The notes: generated by a model not told the origin, from the letters alone. A DNA stretch of 64,000 nucleotides from an uncultured Acidobacteriota bacterium (GCA_963779415.1 CAVZYA010000001.1:160001-224000), one strand, 5' to 3'. Positions 38,663-48,154 are shown, counted from the stretch's first letter. Made by a program: numbers and translations.

Positions 38663-39277
38663 TCATACCGGCTCCAGGAGGCCGAAACGGAGGAGTGACC
38701 GCTCGAAGGCGCTCGGACCCGAAACGACGAAGCCCGGGATGCCGAGCGTTCGCGCCGCGGCGACGTAGTCGCCCCGGTCGTCGGCAAAGAGGGCCTCCTC
38801 CGGTGAGGCGGCCGCGGTCCTGAGGGCGGCGTCGAAGATTCGTGCCTCGGGCTTCGCGGCCCCTGTCTCGAACGAAAGGACGATGCCGTCCACGAGAGAG
38901 GGGACGTCGAAGACGCGAAGGACCCCTTCCCAGTGAAGCGCGTTCGTGTTGGAGACGAGGATTCGCTTCACGCTCCGCCGGACGCGAGAGAGCGCGCCGA
39001 GGGCCGTGAGGTCCGGCTCGAAGATGTCGCGCCATGCGGGAATCCAGAGGTCGTCGGGAATGCGCGGGATTCCGGCCGATCTCTCCACCGAACGGAAGAA
39101 CTCCACGGCCGTGAGCCGCCCGAGGTCGAATTCGCGCGAAAGGGGCCCGAAGACGAAGGGACGAAGCGTCTCGCCCGGGATCCCCGACGCCGCTTCGAGG
39201 GCGCGGAGAGTCCGGCCGTGGTCGAACCGGACGAGGACCTGACCGAGATCGACGAGGAGGGCGCGGACCGGGGGCAT
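38663..39277 (-). CDS. HAD family phosphatase (YihX-like)
   Basis: DLGQVL, VSNTN, KPEARIF, FADDR. Confidence 0.88.
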   Translation of the reverse strand: MPPVRALLVDLGQVLVRFDHGRTLRALEAASGIPGETLRPFVFGPLSREFDLGRLTAVEFFRSVERSAGIPRIPDDLWIPAWRDIFEPDLTALGALSRVRRSVKRILVSNTNALHWEGVLRVFDVPSLVDGIVLSFETGAAKPEARIFDAALRTAAASPEEALFADDRGDYVAAARTLGIPGFVVSGPSAFERSLLRFGLLEPV

Positions 39278-39285
39278 CGGGTGCG

Positions 39286-39321
39286 AAAAGAAAAAAGACG
39301 CCCCGGATTGCCCGAGGCGTC
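39286..39321 (-). terminator. Rho-independent terminator of the small lipoprotein gene
   Basis: Minus strand GACGCCTCGG-GCAAT-CCGGGGCGTC followed by TTTTTTCTTTT. Confidence 0.88.
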
Positions 39322-39342
39322 CTCCGTAACTCGACGAGCTAC

Positions 39343-39555
39343 TTACTTCGTAGCCGGGGTGGCGGGAGCCGGAGCGGCCGGCGCCGGGGCGGCAGTCGTG
39401 GCCGGTGTCCCGGGGGCGGCGGCCGTGGCGGCGGGCTTCTCCTCGACGACCTTCGGGGCCTCCGCCTTCGGGGCGGGCTTCTCTTCGGGCTTGGCACAGG
39501 CGACGAAGCCGAGGGCGAGAACGGAGGCGGTGAGAACGGAAGCAATCTTCTTCAT
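39343..39555 (-). CDS. Small Ala/Pro/Lys-rich lipoprotein (70 aa)
   Basis: SD AAGGAG; MKKIASVLTASVLALGFVA-C lipobox; mature part is low-complexity; has its own promoter and terminator. Confidence 0.85.
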   Translation of the reverse strand: MKKIASVLTASVLALGFVACAKPEEKPAPKAEAPKVVEEKPAATAAAPGTPATTAAPAPAAPAPATPATK

Positions 39556-39693
39556 TTCGAACTCCTTCTTCTTATTGGTGTTACGCAAGTTCCACCTGCG
39601 TTTCCAGCTGGTTGTTCAGCTCTAGTTTTGGCGCTGGCGGCTCGGTCACACAACATCACCGCCGCGTCCCGGACGCCTCGAACTTCACCGCAT

Positions 39694-39721
39694 AGCATAG
39701 CGAAAGCTTTCGTTCTGTCAA
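39694..39721 (-). promoter_or_regulatory. Near-consensus sigma70 promoter with a 12-bp palindrome in the spacer
   Basis: TTGACA-16 nt-TATGCT; the spacer contains CGAAAGCTTTCG (39701..39712). Confidence 0.7.
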
Positions 39722-39778
39722 GTTGTCCAGTGCAAGGGAGGAGGCGCTCGCGCCCCCTGCTACACTCGGCGCCCCTCG

Positions 39779-41080
39779 ATGTTCGAGTCCCTTTCCGACA
39801 GGCTGCAGCGCGTCTTCAAGGAGCTCCGGGGCGAGGGGCATCTGACGGAGTTCCACGTCGATCAGGCCCTCGAGGAGATTCGGACGGCCCTTCTGGAGGC
39901 GGACGTGAGCCTTTCGGTCGTCCGCGACTTCACGGCAGCGGTTCGCGTGAAGGCGGTCGGCAAGGAGGTCCTGACGTCGTTCTCCCCGGCGCAGCAGGTT
40001 CTCGCGATCGTCCAGGAAGAGCTGGCACGCGTCCTCGGCGGAAGCGTCGCGACCCTTGCCCTCAAGAAGCGGCCCGCGGTGATTCTCCTCGTCGGCCTTC
40101 AGGGGTCCGGAAAGACGACGACGGCCGCGAAGCTCGCCCTCCACCTGAAGAAGAACCTCGGGAAGAGCGTTCTTCTCGTCCCTGCCGATGTCCACCGCCC
40201 CGCCGCGACGGAGCAGCTCCGGACGCTCGCGAAGGAGAACGGCCTCGCCGCCTGGGATCCGAAAGGGGAGACGGACGCCATCGCACGCGCGCGTGCCGCC
40301 GTGAAGGAGGCCAGACTTTTCGGCTACGACGCCGCCATCGTCGACACCGCCGGGCGCCTCCACGTCGACGCCGCGCTCATGGACGAGGTGGCGCGCCTCT
40401 CGGCGGCGGTCGAAGCGGACGAGGTCCTCTTCGTGGCCGACGCCATGACGGGGCAGGACGCCGTCCTGTCGGCGCAGGCTTTCGCCGAGAAGCTTCCGCT
40501 CTCGGGCGTCATCCTCACGAAGACGGACGGCGACGCCCGCGGCGGCGCCGCGCTGTCGCTCCGCACGATCGTGGGGCGTCCGCTGAAGTTCGTCGGGACC
40601 GGTGAGAAGGTGAAGGACTTCGAGCCGTTCCATCCGGACCGCACGGCCTCCCGGCTCCTCGGGCTCGGCGACGTCCAGACCCTCTTCGAGAAAGTTGCAG
40701 CCGGTACGGATGAGGCGGCGGCCCTCCGGACGGCGGAGAAGCTCCGGAAGAACGCGTTCACCCTCACCGACCTCCGCGACCAGATGCGCCAGCTCAAGGG
40801 GATCGGTCCGCTCGGCTCGCTCCTCGGGCACCTGCCGAAGGTCGGGCCTCTCAAGCAGCTCGCGAACCTCGACATTCCCGACGACGCGACGAAGACCCTC
40901 GAGGCGATCATCGACTCGATGACTCCCGGCGAGCGGGAGGATCCGTCGATCATCAACGGCAGCCGGAGGAAGCGGATCGCGGCCGGCTCCGGCACGACCG
41001 TGCCCGAGGTGAACCAGCTCCTCCGGCAGTACCTGTCCATGAAGAAGATGATGAAGAGCGCCGCGCGGATGCGCGGCTGA
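39779..41080 (+). CDS. ffh: Signal recognition particle protein Ffh
   Basis: ALLEADV, GLQGSGKTT, DTAGR, TKTDGDARGG, IIDSMT, SRRKRIAAGSG. Confidence 0.97.
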   Translation: MFESLSDRLQRVFKELRGEGHLTEFHVDQALEEIRTALLEADVSLSVVRDFTAAVRVKAVGKEVLTSFSPAQQVLAIVQEELARVLGGSVATLALKKRPAVILLVGLQGSGKTTTAAKLALHLKKNLGKSVLLVPADVHRPAATEQLRTLAKENGLAAWDPKGETDAIARARAAVKEARLFGYDAAIVDTAGRLHVDAALMDEVARLSAAVEADEVLFVADAMTGQDAVLSAQAFAEKLPLSGVILTKTDGDARGGAALSLRTIVGRPLKFVGTGEKVKDFEPFHPDRTASRLLGLGDVQTLFEKVAAGTDEAAALRTAEKLRKNAFTLTDLRDQMRQLKGIGPLGSLLGHLPKVGPLKQLANLDIPDDATKTLEAIIDSMTPGEREDPSIINGSRRKRIAAGSGTTVPEVNQLLRQYLSMKKMMKSAARMRG

Positions 41081-41111
41081 TCGAAAACGAAGAAACAACA
41101 GGTGAGGTGAC

Positions 41112-41345
41112 ATGCTGAAGATCCGTCTCCGCCGCGTCGGCGGCACGAACGCCCCCGCGTACCGAATCGTCGTCTCCGACGGCCGCCGGACTCCGACCGC
41201 CAAGATCGTCGAAGAACTCGGCTCCTACGACCCGACGAAGAACCCTCCGACCATGAAGTTCGACCGTGAGAAAGCCCAGCAGTGGATCGCCAAGGGGGCC
41301 CAGCCTTCCGAAACGGTCCGCCGGCTCATCGCGAAGAAGGCCTGA
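41112..41345 (+). CDS. rpsP: 30S ribosomal protein S16
   Basis: MLKIRLRRVG...YRIVVSD...GAQPSETV. Confidence 0.97.
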   Translation: MLKIRLRRVGGTNAPAYRIVVSDGRRTPTAKIVEELGSYDPTKNPPTMKFDREKAQQWIAKGAQPSETVRRLIAKKA

Positions 41346-41874
41346 CCCGGCCGCCCCCGTCCGTCCGGCGGATCTCGTCGTCGTCGGGCGCGTCGTACGA
41401 CCGCACGGGGTCCGGGGTGAGGCGTCGGTCGAGATTCTGACCGACTTTCCGGAGCGCCTCCGCGCGGGGCGCATGCTTGGCGCGCGGAGCCCCTCCGGCG
41501 AGGTGGCTCCGCTTCGCGTCGCCTCCGCGAGGCCTCACGGGGAACGACTTCTCGTCCGGTTCGAAGGGGTCGGGACGCCCGAGGCCGTCGAGGCTCTCCG
41601 CGGAAGCGACCTTTGCGCTCTTCCCGGCGACGAGCCGGCGCGGCCCGAAGGGTACGTCTTTTGGCACGAAGCCGCCGGCCTCACCGCCGTCTCGGGCGAC
41701 GGGCATCCGCTCGGAACCGTCCGGGAGCTCGTCGACGTCGCCGGACGGCCGCTCCTGGTCCTCGACACGCCGCGCGGCCCCCGGGAGGTACCTTTCTCCC
41801 GGCCCATCGTCGTCTCCGTCGATCTCGCGGCACGGCGGATCGTTCTCGACCCCCCGGAGGGCCTGCTGGACTGA
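41266..41874 (+). CDS. rimM: Ribosome maturation factor RimM (start uncertain)
   Basis: VVGRVVRPHGVRGE, TDFPER, VPF...VDL...PPEGLLD; synteny. Confidence 0.9.
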   Translation: MRKPSSGSPRGPSLPKRSAGSSRRRPDPAAPVRPADLVVVGRVVRPHGVRGEASVEILTDFPERLRAGRMLGARSPSGEVAPLRVASARPHGERLLVRFEGVGTPEAVEALRGSDLCALPGDEPARPEGYVFWHEAAGLTAVSGDGHPLGTVRELVDVAGRPLLVLDTPRGPREVPFSRPIVVSVDLAARRIVLDPPEGLLD

Positions 41875-41903
41875 CTCCGCCATCGCGATACGCTTGCTTC
41901 CGC

Positions 41904-42653
41904 ATGCGATTCGACATCGTGACGATCTTCCCGGGCTACTTCGCCTCGCCGCTTTCCGAGGCGCTGGTGGGGAAGGCCGTTGATGCGGGCCTTCTCGAGA
42001 TCCACGTCGTCGATCTCCGGGAGTTCTCGGAGGACCCGCACCGGAAGGTGGACGACGAAGCGTACGGCGGCGGCCCCGGAATGGTCCTCTCCGCGCCGCC
42101 TGTCTTCGCCGCCGTCGAAGCCCTGAGGGGCGAAGCCGGCGCGCCGGCGCCGCACGTCGTCTTCCTCTCCCCCGAAGGCCGGTGCTTCGACGCCGAAACG
42201 GCGCGGGCGCTCTCCGGGCGGCCGCGCGTCGTTCTCGTTTGTGGACGATACGAAGGAATCGACGAACGGACGCGCGAGGCGGGGCTTTTCGACGAGGAGA
42301 TCTCGATCGGAGACGTGGTCCTGCCGGGAGGCGAGGCGGCAGCCCTCGTCGTCATCGAGGCCGTGTCGCGCTTCGTCTCCGGTGTCGTCGGCGACCCGGA
42401 GAGCGTCCGCGCCGACAGCTTCGAGGACGGGCTGCTCGATCATCCGCACTACACGAGACCGCGCGAGTTTCGCGGCCTCTCCGTTCCCGAGGTCCTTCTC
42501 TCCGGTCACCACGACCGGATCCGGACGTGGCGACTGGAGAAGAAGCTGGAGAGAACGGCGAGGCAGCGGCCGGACCTTCTCGGCAGGGCCCGCCTGACCG
42601 ACGAGGAAAGGGATCTCCTTCGGCGACTTGCGCGGCGCGACGAATCCCCATAA
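41904..42653 (+). CDS. trmD: tRNA (guanine37-N1)-methyltransferase
   Basis: MRFDIVTIFP, VDDEAYGGGPGMV, CGRYEGIDER, SIGDVVLPGGE, HYTRP, LLSGHH. Confidence 0.97.
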   Translation: MRFDIVTIFPGYFASPLSEALVGKAVDAGLLEIHVVDLREFSEDPHRKVDDEAYGGGPGMVLSAPPVFAAVEALRGEAGAPAPHVVFLSPEGRCFDAETARALSGRPRVVLVCGRYEGIDERTREAGLFDEEISIGDVVLPGGEAAALVVIEAVSRFVSGVVGDPESVRADSFEDGLLDHPHYTRPREFRGLSVPEVLLSGHHDRIRTWRLEKKLERTARQRPDLLGRARLTDEERDLLRRLARRDESP

Positions 42654-42743
42654 CATCACGAGACGGGTTCTCGGATTCGGGCCAAAGGTTTACGTGTCCC
42701 CGTGCAGCCAGGCCCGCCAGGACGCATTCGGAGGTATCTCGTC

Positions 42744-43094
42744 ATGACGGACAAGCTCTTGATGGCTGAGCGGGTGAGCCTTCGCGGCGACGTTCCCCCC
42801 TTCGGGCCCGGCGACACCGTGAAGGTACACGTGAAGGTGAAGGAAGGGGAGAAGGAACGGATTCAGGTCTTCCAGGGGCTCGTGATCGCGCGCAAAGGGG
42901 GGGGGGCCCGGGAGACCTTCACCGTTCGCAAGATCTCCCAGGGAATCGGCGTCGAGAGGACCTTCCCGGTCCACTCGCCCGTACTCGAACGGATCGAGGT
43001 GGAGCGGCACGGTCAGGTTCGCCGCGCCAAGCTCTATTACCTGAGGGAGCGCCGCGGCAAGGCGGCACGGATCGCCGAGAAGCGGGAGAACTAG
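42744..43094 (+). CDS. rplS: 50S ribosomal protein L19
   Basis: [40 protein letters not shown]. Confidence 0.97.
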   Translation: MTDKLLMAERVSLRGDVPPFGPGDTVKVHVKVKEGEKERIQVFQGLVIARKGGGARETFTVRKISQGIGVERTFPVHSPVLERIEVERHGQVRRAKLYYLRERRGKAARIAEKREN

Positions 43095-43172
43095 AAAGCC
43101 GGTCCGGTGCACGGTGCCGTCCGGCGGACGTCCCGTGCGGCCGGCGGTCGCACGGGAGAAGAACGGGGGAGC

Positions 43173-43853
43173 GTGGCCAGAAACCGCGTCGGGGCGTGTG
43201 ACCTCCGGGCCGAGCGCGAGCGCCTGTGGCGTCTCTTCGCGATCGAGGAGGCGGCCCGCCTGGAGGGTCACCGTTTCGTGGCGGGAGTGGACGAGGTGGG
43301 GCGAGGCTGCCTCGCGGGACCGGTCTATGCGGCGGCGGCGGTTTTCGGTGGGTTCGAGTCTCTCTCGGGACTCGACGACTCGAAAGCTCTCACGCCGGAG
43401 GTCCGCGAGGATCTGGCCCCTCGGATCCGGGCCCGGGCGCTCGGGGTCGCGGTCGGCGCGGCGTCGGCCGCCGAGATCGACGCGATCGGGATCGCGCCCG
43501 CGACCCTCCTCGCGATGCGGCGCGCCCTCGAGGTTCTGCGCCGGGACGGAATCGTTCCGGACCTCGTCCTCTTCGATGCCGTGACCATGCCGGGTCTCGA
43601 CGTCGCGCAGCGTTCCTTCATCCGCGGCGACTCGCGCGTCGCGTGCATCGCGGCCGCCTCGATCGTCGCCAAGAGCGAGCGGGATCGCCGGATGGAGGCG
43701 CTCGACTCGAAATGGCCCTTCTACGGCTTTTCGTCGCACCGCGGCTACGGGACGGCGGCGCACCTCGCGGCCCTCCGGCGGCACGGACCCTCGCCGGAGC
43801 ACCGACTCACCTTCGACGGCGTCCTCCCCGCGCCCGGCCGGAAGGCGGCCTGA
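43173..43853 (+). CDS. rnhB: Ribonuclease HII
   Basis: AGVDEVGRGCLAGPV, LDDSK, IAAASIVAK, GYGT..H, HRLTF. Confidence 0.95.
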   Translation: MARNRVGACDLRAERERLWRLFAIEEAARLEGHRFVAGVDEVGRGCLAGPVYAAAAVFGGFESLSGLDDSKALTPEVREDLAPRIRARALGVAVGAASAAEIDAIGIAPATLLAMRRALEVLRRDGIVPDLVLFDAVTMPGLDVAQRSFIRGDSRVACIAAASIVAKSERDRRMEALDSKWPFYGFSSHRGYGTAAHLAALRRHGPSPEHRLTFDGVLPAPGRKAA

Positions 43854-43864
43854 CGGAGCGCGCC

Positions 43865-46800
43865 TTGGCGAGCAAACGCGAATCCCTGATCGCCTCGGCG
43901 GAGAAGGCGCTCCAGAAGGGAAAGGTCGACTCCGCCCTCAAGGACTACCTGAAGGTCCTCGAGGAGGTTCCCGGGGACATCAACGTCCTGAACAAGGTGG
44001 GAGACCTCTTCGTCCGCCTGAACCGGAACGAGGAGTCGATCCCCTATTTCACGCGGATCGCGGAGCACTACTCGCGCGACGGCTTCTTCCTGAAGGCCAT
44101 CGCGATCTACAAGAAGATCAACAAGCTCGATCCCGCGCGCCTCGACGTCTACGAACGCCTCGCGGAGCTTTACGCAAAGCAGGGGCTGACGACCGAGGCG
44201 AAGAGCCAGTACCAGGTCCTCGCGGACTACCACACGAAGAACGAGAACGTCATCGGCGCGATCGGGATCTACCAGAAGATGGTGGCGACCGACGCGCAGA
44301 ACATCCAGCTTCACGTCAAGCTCGCGGACTTCTATACGCAGGCGCGACGGACGAGCGAGGCGCTCAAGCAGTACGCGGCCGTGGCGAACCTCCTCCGGGA
44401 GCGGGGGGCTGACGACGAGGCGCTTCAGGTCTACGACAAGGCGCTGAAGCTGGGTCCCGACAACGGCGAGATTCTCCGGACGTTCGTTCCGATGCTCCTT
44501 CAAGCCGGACGGATCGAAGAGGCCCGCGAGCACCTGAAAAAGGGCCTCGAGACGACACCGCGCTCCGTCCCGCTCTTTCTCCTCGCGAGCGAGGCCGCTC
44601 TCGAGGCGGGCGATCCGGAGGAGGCGCGGCTGCAGATCGGGAAGGCGTTCTCGGTCGAGCCGGAGAACGAGGAGGTCCTCCAGGCCGTCGTTCGCGTGAA
44701 CGTCCGGACGGGGTCGCCGGGCGCGGCGCTTCCGGCCGCCGTCGCGCTCGCGGACCGCGCCATGCGGCGCGGCGAGGCAAAGAAGGCCCTTGCGATCCTG
44801 ACGCCCGTGTCCGACGCCGCGGAGAACAACGAGTCGGTTCTCGCCAAGCTGGTCCAGATCGCCGAGGCCGCGGAGGGAATGGAAGGCGGCGTCCCGTACC
44901 GATCGCGCCTCGCGGAGCTCTGGAAGAGCCAGGGGCGGCTCGACGACGCGGCGGATGCGCTCCGGATCCTGATCCGCCTCGCGCCGGACAACGCCGAGTT
45001 CCGCACCCGGCTGTCGCAGCTCGAGCCGTCGGTGCCCCGGAAGCAGGAGGCCGCGCCGCAGGCCGAGAGCTTCCCGTCTCCGCCGACGGCGGTGCCTCCG
45101 CGGAGACCGTCGCCGATGACGGTGGCCGGAGACATCCCGGGGGACCTCCACCTCGAGATGACGGGGCAGGTCGTGAAGGAGGGGCCGAAGCCTGCTCCCG
45201 GCGAGTTCATCGTCGAGTTCGACGACGAGCAGCTCATTCACGACCCCGGATCGACCGGTCCGGTGCCGGCCGCGGTTCGCCGGGCGTCGCAGACCGACAT
45301 TCCGGCGTCACGCCCCGCGGAGGCGTCGCAGCCGATCCCGCGCGAGGCGGGCTTCGATTTCGCGGGTCACCGCCCCGCCGCGCTCCCCGCCGACGCCTCC
45401 GGGGCGGGATGGGGAAGTGCGATCCCGGCGGAACTCCCGGAGGCAGAGGAGGTCGAGGGCGCCGCCGTCGTGCCTCTCCCGGCTCCGGAGCCGCTCTCCG
45501 AGGCCACCGAGATCGCGGAAGGCGCAGGCGAGGAGACGGGCGGGGGTGCGCGGCCGCCCGCACCGTCGACGCCACCACCGCTCTCGCCGGTAGAGCTCGA
45601 GACGATCCTGGCCGAAGTCGAGGTCTTCCGGAAGTACGGCCTTCTCGAAAAGGCGATCGACCAGCTTCGCGTCGCCCTCCTGCGGCACGCGGAAGCTTTT
45701 CCGCTTCGCGAGAAGCTCTTCGAGGTCTGCCTGGAGGCGGGAAAGAAGTCGGCCGCCATCCGCGAAGCCGAGCAGCTCAAGGAGCGGTATCGGGAGGACG
45801 GACGGCAGGACCGCGTGGCGGCCCTCGATGCGCTCCTCGTCGAGCGGACTTCCGCCGAGATGGGGGAGGCGCTCGAAGACAGTCTCCCGGGTGCCTTCAT
45901 CGATACGACTCCCGGGTCGCGCTCCGGGCGGAGGCGACGCTCGGCGGAGAGACGTCTCGCCGCGTCCGCAGCCGACACGGCGTCGCCACCGGCCCCCTCG
46001 TCGGTACGTCCCGAGGAGGTCTCGGAGGTGGATTTCTGCCTCGACCAGGGGATGGTCGTCGATGCGTCGGAGCGCCTTCGGGCTCTCGAGGCTCGCTATC
46101 CGGGAGATCCGAGCCTCGCCGAGCGCCGGGCGCGCCTCGAGGCGTGGAGTCCGGTAACGGACGAGCGCCCCGCTCCCGAGGAGATCCTGACGGACGATTT
46201 CGAGTCGGTCCTCGACGCGGAGCTGGGACGCGCTCTGACCGACGAGATGGCTCGCGGCTCGGCGGTTTCGCCGCCGAAGCCCCCCGCCGAGGCGAAGGCG
46301 CCCCCCGGAGGGGTCCCGGTCGACGAGTCCGCCCTCTTCTCCGACGAGCAGGAGTTCTTCAACTTCGCGGGCGATCTCCAGAACGAGCTTCGCCAGGAAG
46401 CGGTCGGGACCGAAGGGCCGCCGGAGGCGAGCCAGGCCGGCGCCCAGGACGTGCCGCTCGAGGAGATCTTCCGCGAGTTCAAGAAAGGGGTCGAGCAGCA
46501 GCTCTCGCCCGAGGACTACGAGACCCACTACAACCTCGGGATCGCCTACAAGGAGATGTGGCTCGTGGACGAGGCGATCGGCGAGTTCCAGCGCGCCGCG
46601 AAGAGCCCGCAGCATGCCGTGGAGTGCTGCTCGATGCTCGGCCTCTGCTTCCTCGAGAAGGGGCTCCCGCAGCTCGCGATCAAGTGGTACCGGAAAGGCC
46701 TCGAGTCGCACGGCCTCAAGGACGACGACCGGCTCGGCATTCTCTACGACCTCGCGAACGTCTACCTCGGCGTCGGCGACAGCGACAACGCCTATCGGGC

Positions 46801-46885
46801 GTTCCTCGAGATCTACGGGTCCGACGCGAACTTCCGCGACGTGGGCGACCGCCTGAAGGCGCTCTCTCTCCCGACCGGGAACTGA
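43865..46885 (+). CDS. Large TPR protein, SgmX-like architecture
   Basis: TTG 43865; N-terminal TPR array (GFFLKAIAIYKKI), low-complexity linkers, EVEVFRKYGL..KAI, C-terminal EEIFREFKKGVEQQ...DYETHYNLGIAYKEM TPRs. Confidence 0.8.
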   Translation: MASKRESLIASAEKALQKGKVDSALKDYLKVLEEVPGDINVLNKVGDLFVRLNRNEESIPYFTRIAEHYSRDGFFLKAIAIYKKINKLDPARLDVYERLAELYAKQGLTTEAKSQYQVLADYHTKNENVIGAIGIYQKMVATDAQNIQLHVKLADFYTQARRTSEALKQYAAVANLLRERGADDEALQVYDKALKLGPDNGEILRTFVPMLLQAGRIEEAREHLKKGLETTPRSVPLFLLASEAALEAGDPEEARLQIGKAFSVEPENEEVLQAVVRVNVRTGSPGAALPAAVALADRAMRRGEAKKALAILTPVSDAAENNESVLAKLVQIAEAAEGMEGGVPYRSRLAELWKSQGRLDDAADALRILIRLAPDNAEFRTRLSQLEPSVPRKQEAAPQAESFPSPPTAVPPRRPSPMTVAGDIPGDLHLEMTGQVVKEGPKPAPGEFIVEFDDEQLIHDPGSTGPVPAAVRRASQTDIPASRPAEASQPIPREAGFDFAGHRPAALPADASGAGWGSAIPAELPEAEEVEGAAVVPLPAPEPLSEATEIAEGAGEETGGGARPPAPSTPPPLSPVELETILAEVEVFRKYGLLEKAIDQLRVALLRHAEAFPLREKLFEVCLEAGKKSAAIREAEQLKERYREDGRQDRVAALDALLVERTSAEMGEALEDSLPGAFIDTTPGSRSGRRRRSAERRLAASAADTASPPAPSSVRPEEVSEVDFCLDQGMVVDASERLRALEARYPGDPSLAERRARLEAWSPVTDERPAPEEILTDDFESVLDAELGRALTDEMARGSAVSPPKPPAEAKAPPGGVPVDESALFSDEQEFFNFAGDLQNELRQEAVGTEGPPEASQAGAQDVPLEEIFREFKKGVEQQLSPEDYETHYNLGIAYKEMWLVDEAIGEFQRAAKSPQHAVECCSMLGLCFLEKGLPQLAIKWYRKGLESHGLKDDDRLGILYDLANVYLGVGDSDNAYRAFLEIYGSDANFRDVGDRLKALSLPTGN

Positions 46886-46894
46886 CGGCCCGGA

Positions 46895-48110
46895 TTACTT
46901 CCCGAAGGCCGAGTGTGTCCGGAAGCCCCGGTGGGGCTTCGAAGGGGCGCCCTGAAGCGCGACGACGCGGTCCCTCGGTGCCCGCTTCGAGACGCCCTGT
47001 CCCCGCCGTGCCGCCTCGAACGCCTTCCGGAGGCCGGCCATCAGCTCGTCCCGGCGGCCGTAGAGCCTCTTCAGGGGGCGCCTGCGGTGTCGGGCGAGCG
47101 CGTACGCCGTCAGGAGCGGCAGTCCGATCGTCACATCGACATAGCAGACGACGGTGTCGGGGAGTCGCTTCGGGTCGATCTTTCCCCACGAGACCGCCTC
47201 GGCCGGCGTGGCGCCCGAGAGCCCGCCGGTGTCCGGCCGGGCATCGGTGATCTGGAGGAAGTAGTCGTGTCCCGCCTCGTCGATGCCGAGGACCTCCTGG
47301 ATCTGCGGCTCCGTCTGCAGAAGGAAGTTCTTCGGGCTCCCGCCGCCGAGGATCAGGACGGCGCTCTTTCCGCCCCGGCGCTTCGCGCCCCAGACGATGG
47401 ACGCGGTCTCGTTCACGTCGGCCGAGACGTCGAAAGCGAAGGCGCCTCCTTCGAGGGCCTGGCGCGCCACGTTCATCCCGATCGACGAGTCGCCGGGAGA
47501 GCTCGTGTAGACCGGCACGCCGCAGGCGTGCGCCGTGGCGAGGACGGACTGGTCCGTGCCGAGGCCGAGCCGCCGCATCGCCGTCCGGAGGACGCGGCCG
47601 GCGTGCCAGTGGAACTCCGCGGTCGACATCGGCCTCTGGAACTGCGGGAGCCTGAGGAGCTGCCGGAAGAAGGCGTCCGTGTCGAGGAGGACCTCGTACG
47701 GGAAGACGATGTCGTAGATCCGGATGACGCCGTCCTTCCGCAGGGCCACGTCGTCGAACGTCGGGCGCCCCTCGTGGATCGGCATCCCGAGGGCGTGGTG
47801 GACGTCGTGGTAGAGGTTGGCGCCGGTCGAGATCATCCAGTCGACGAAGCCCGCGCGAAGAAGCGGGTTCAGGCAGGAGAGGCCGAGGCCGGCGGGCGTC
47901 AGTGCCCCGGTGACGGAAAGGCCGACCGTCACGTCGGGCTCCAGCATCCGCTCGACGAAGAGGGCGCAGGCTTCGCGAAGACGTGCGGCGTTGTAGGCGG
48001 AGAAGGTCTTCTCGACGAGGTCGGCGGCGCGTCACGCCTCCGGTGACGGGACGGGGACGGATCCGGCGGCCGGAGAGGAAGGGGCTCTTGTTGTGGCGCA
48101 CGGTCGGCAT
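46895..48110 (-). CDS. Deoxyhypusine synthase-like protein (homospermidine pathway), frameshift near 48030
   Basis: [62 protein letters not shown]. Confidence 0.88.
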
Positions 48111-48154
48111 GGCGGCGGAAACGTAGCACAGGCGCCCGCTATCATCGCGTCCGG

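Noticed and set aside
43226-43864. N-terminal 213 aa of the tracked 1219-aa TPR ORF
   Set aside because: Alternative frame over rnhB; the TPR sequence begins at TTG 43865.
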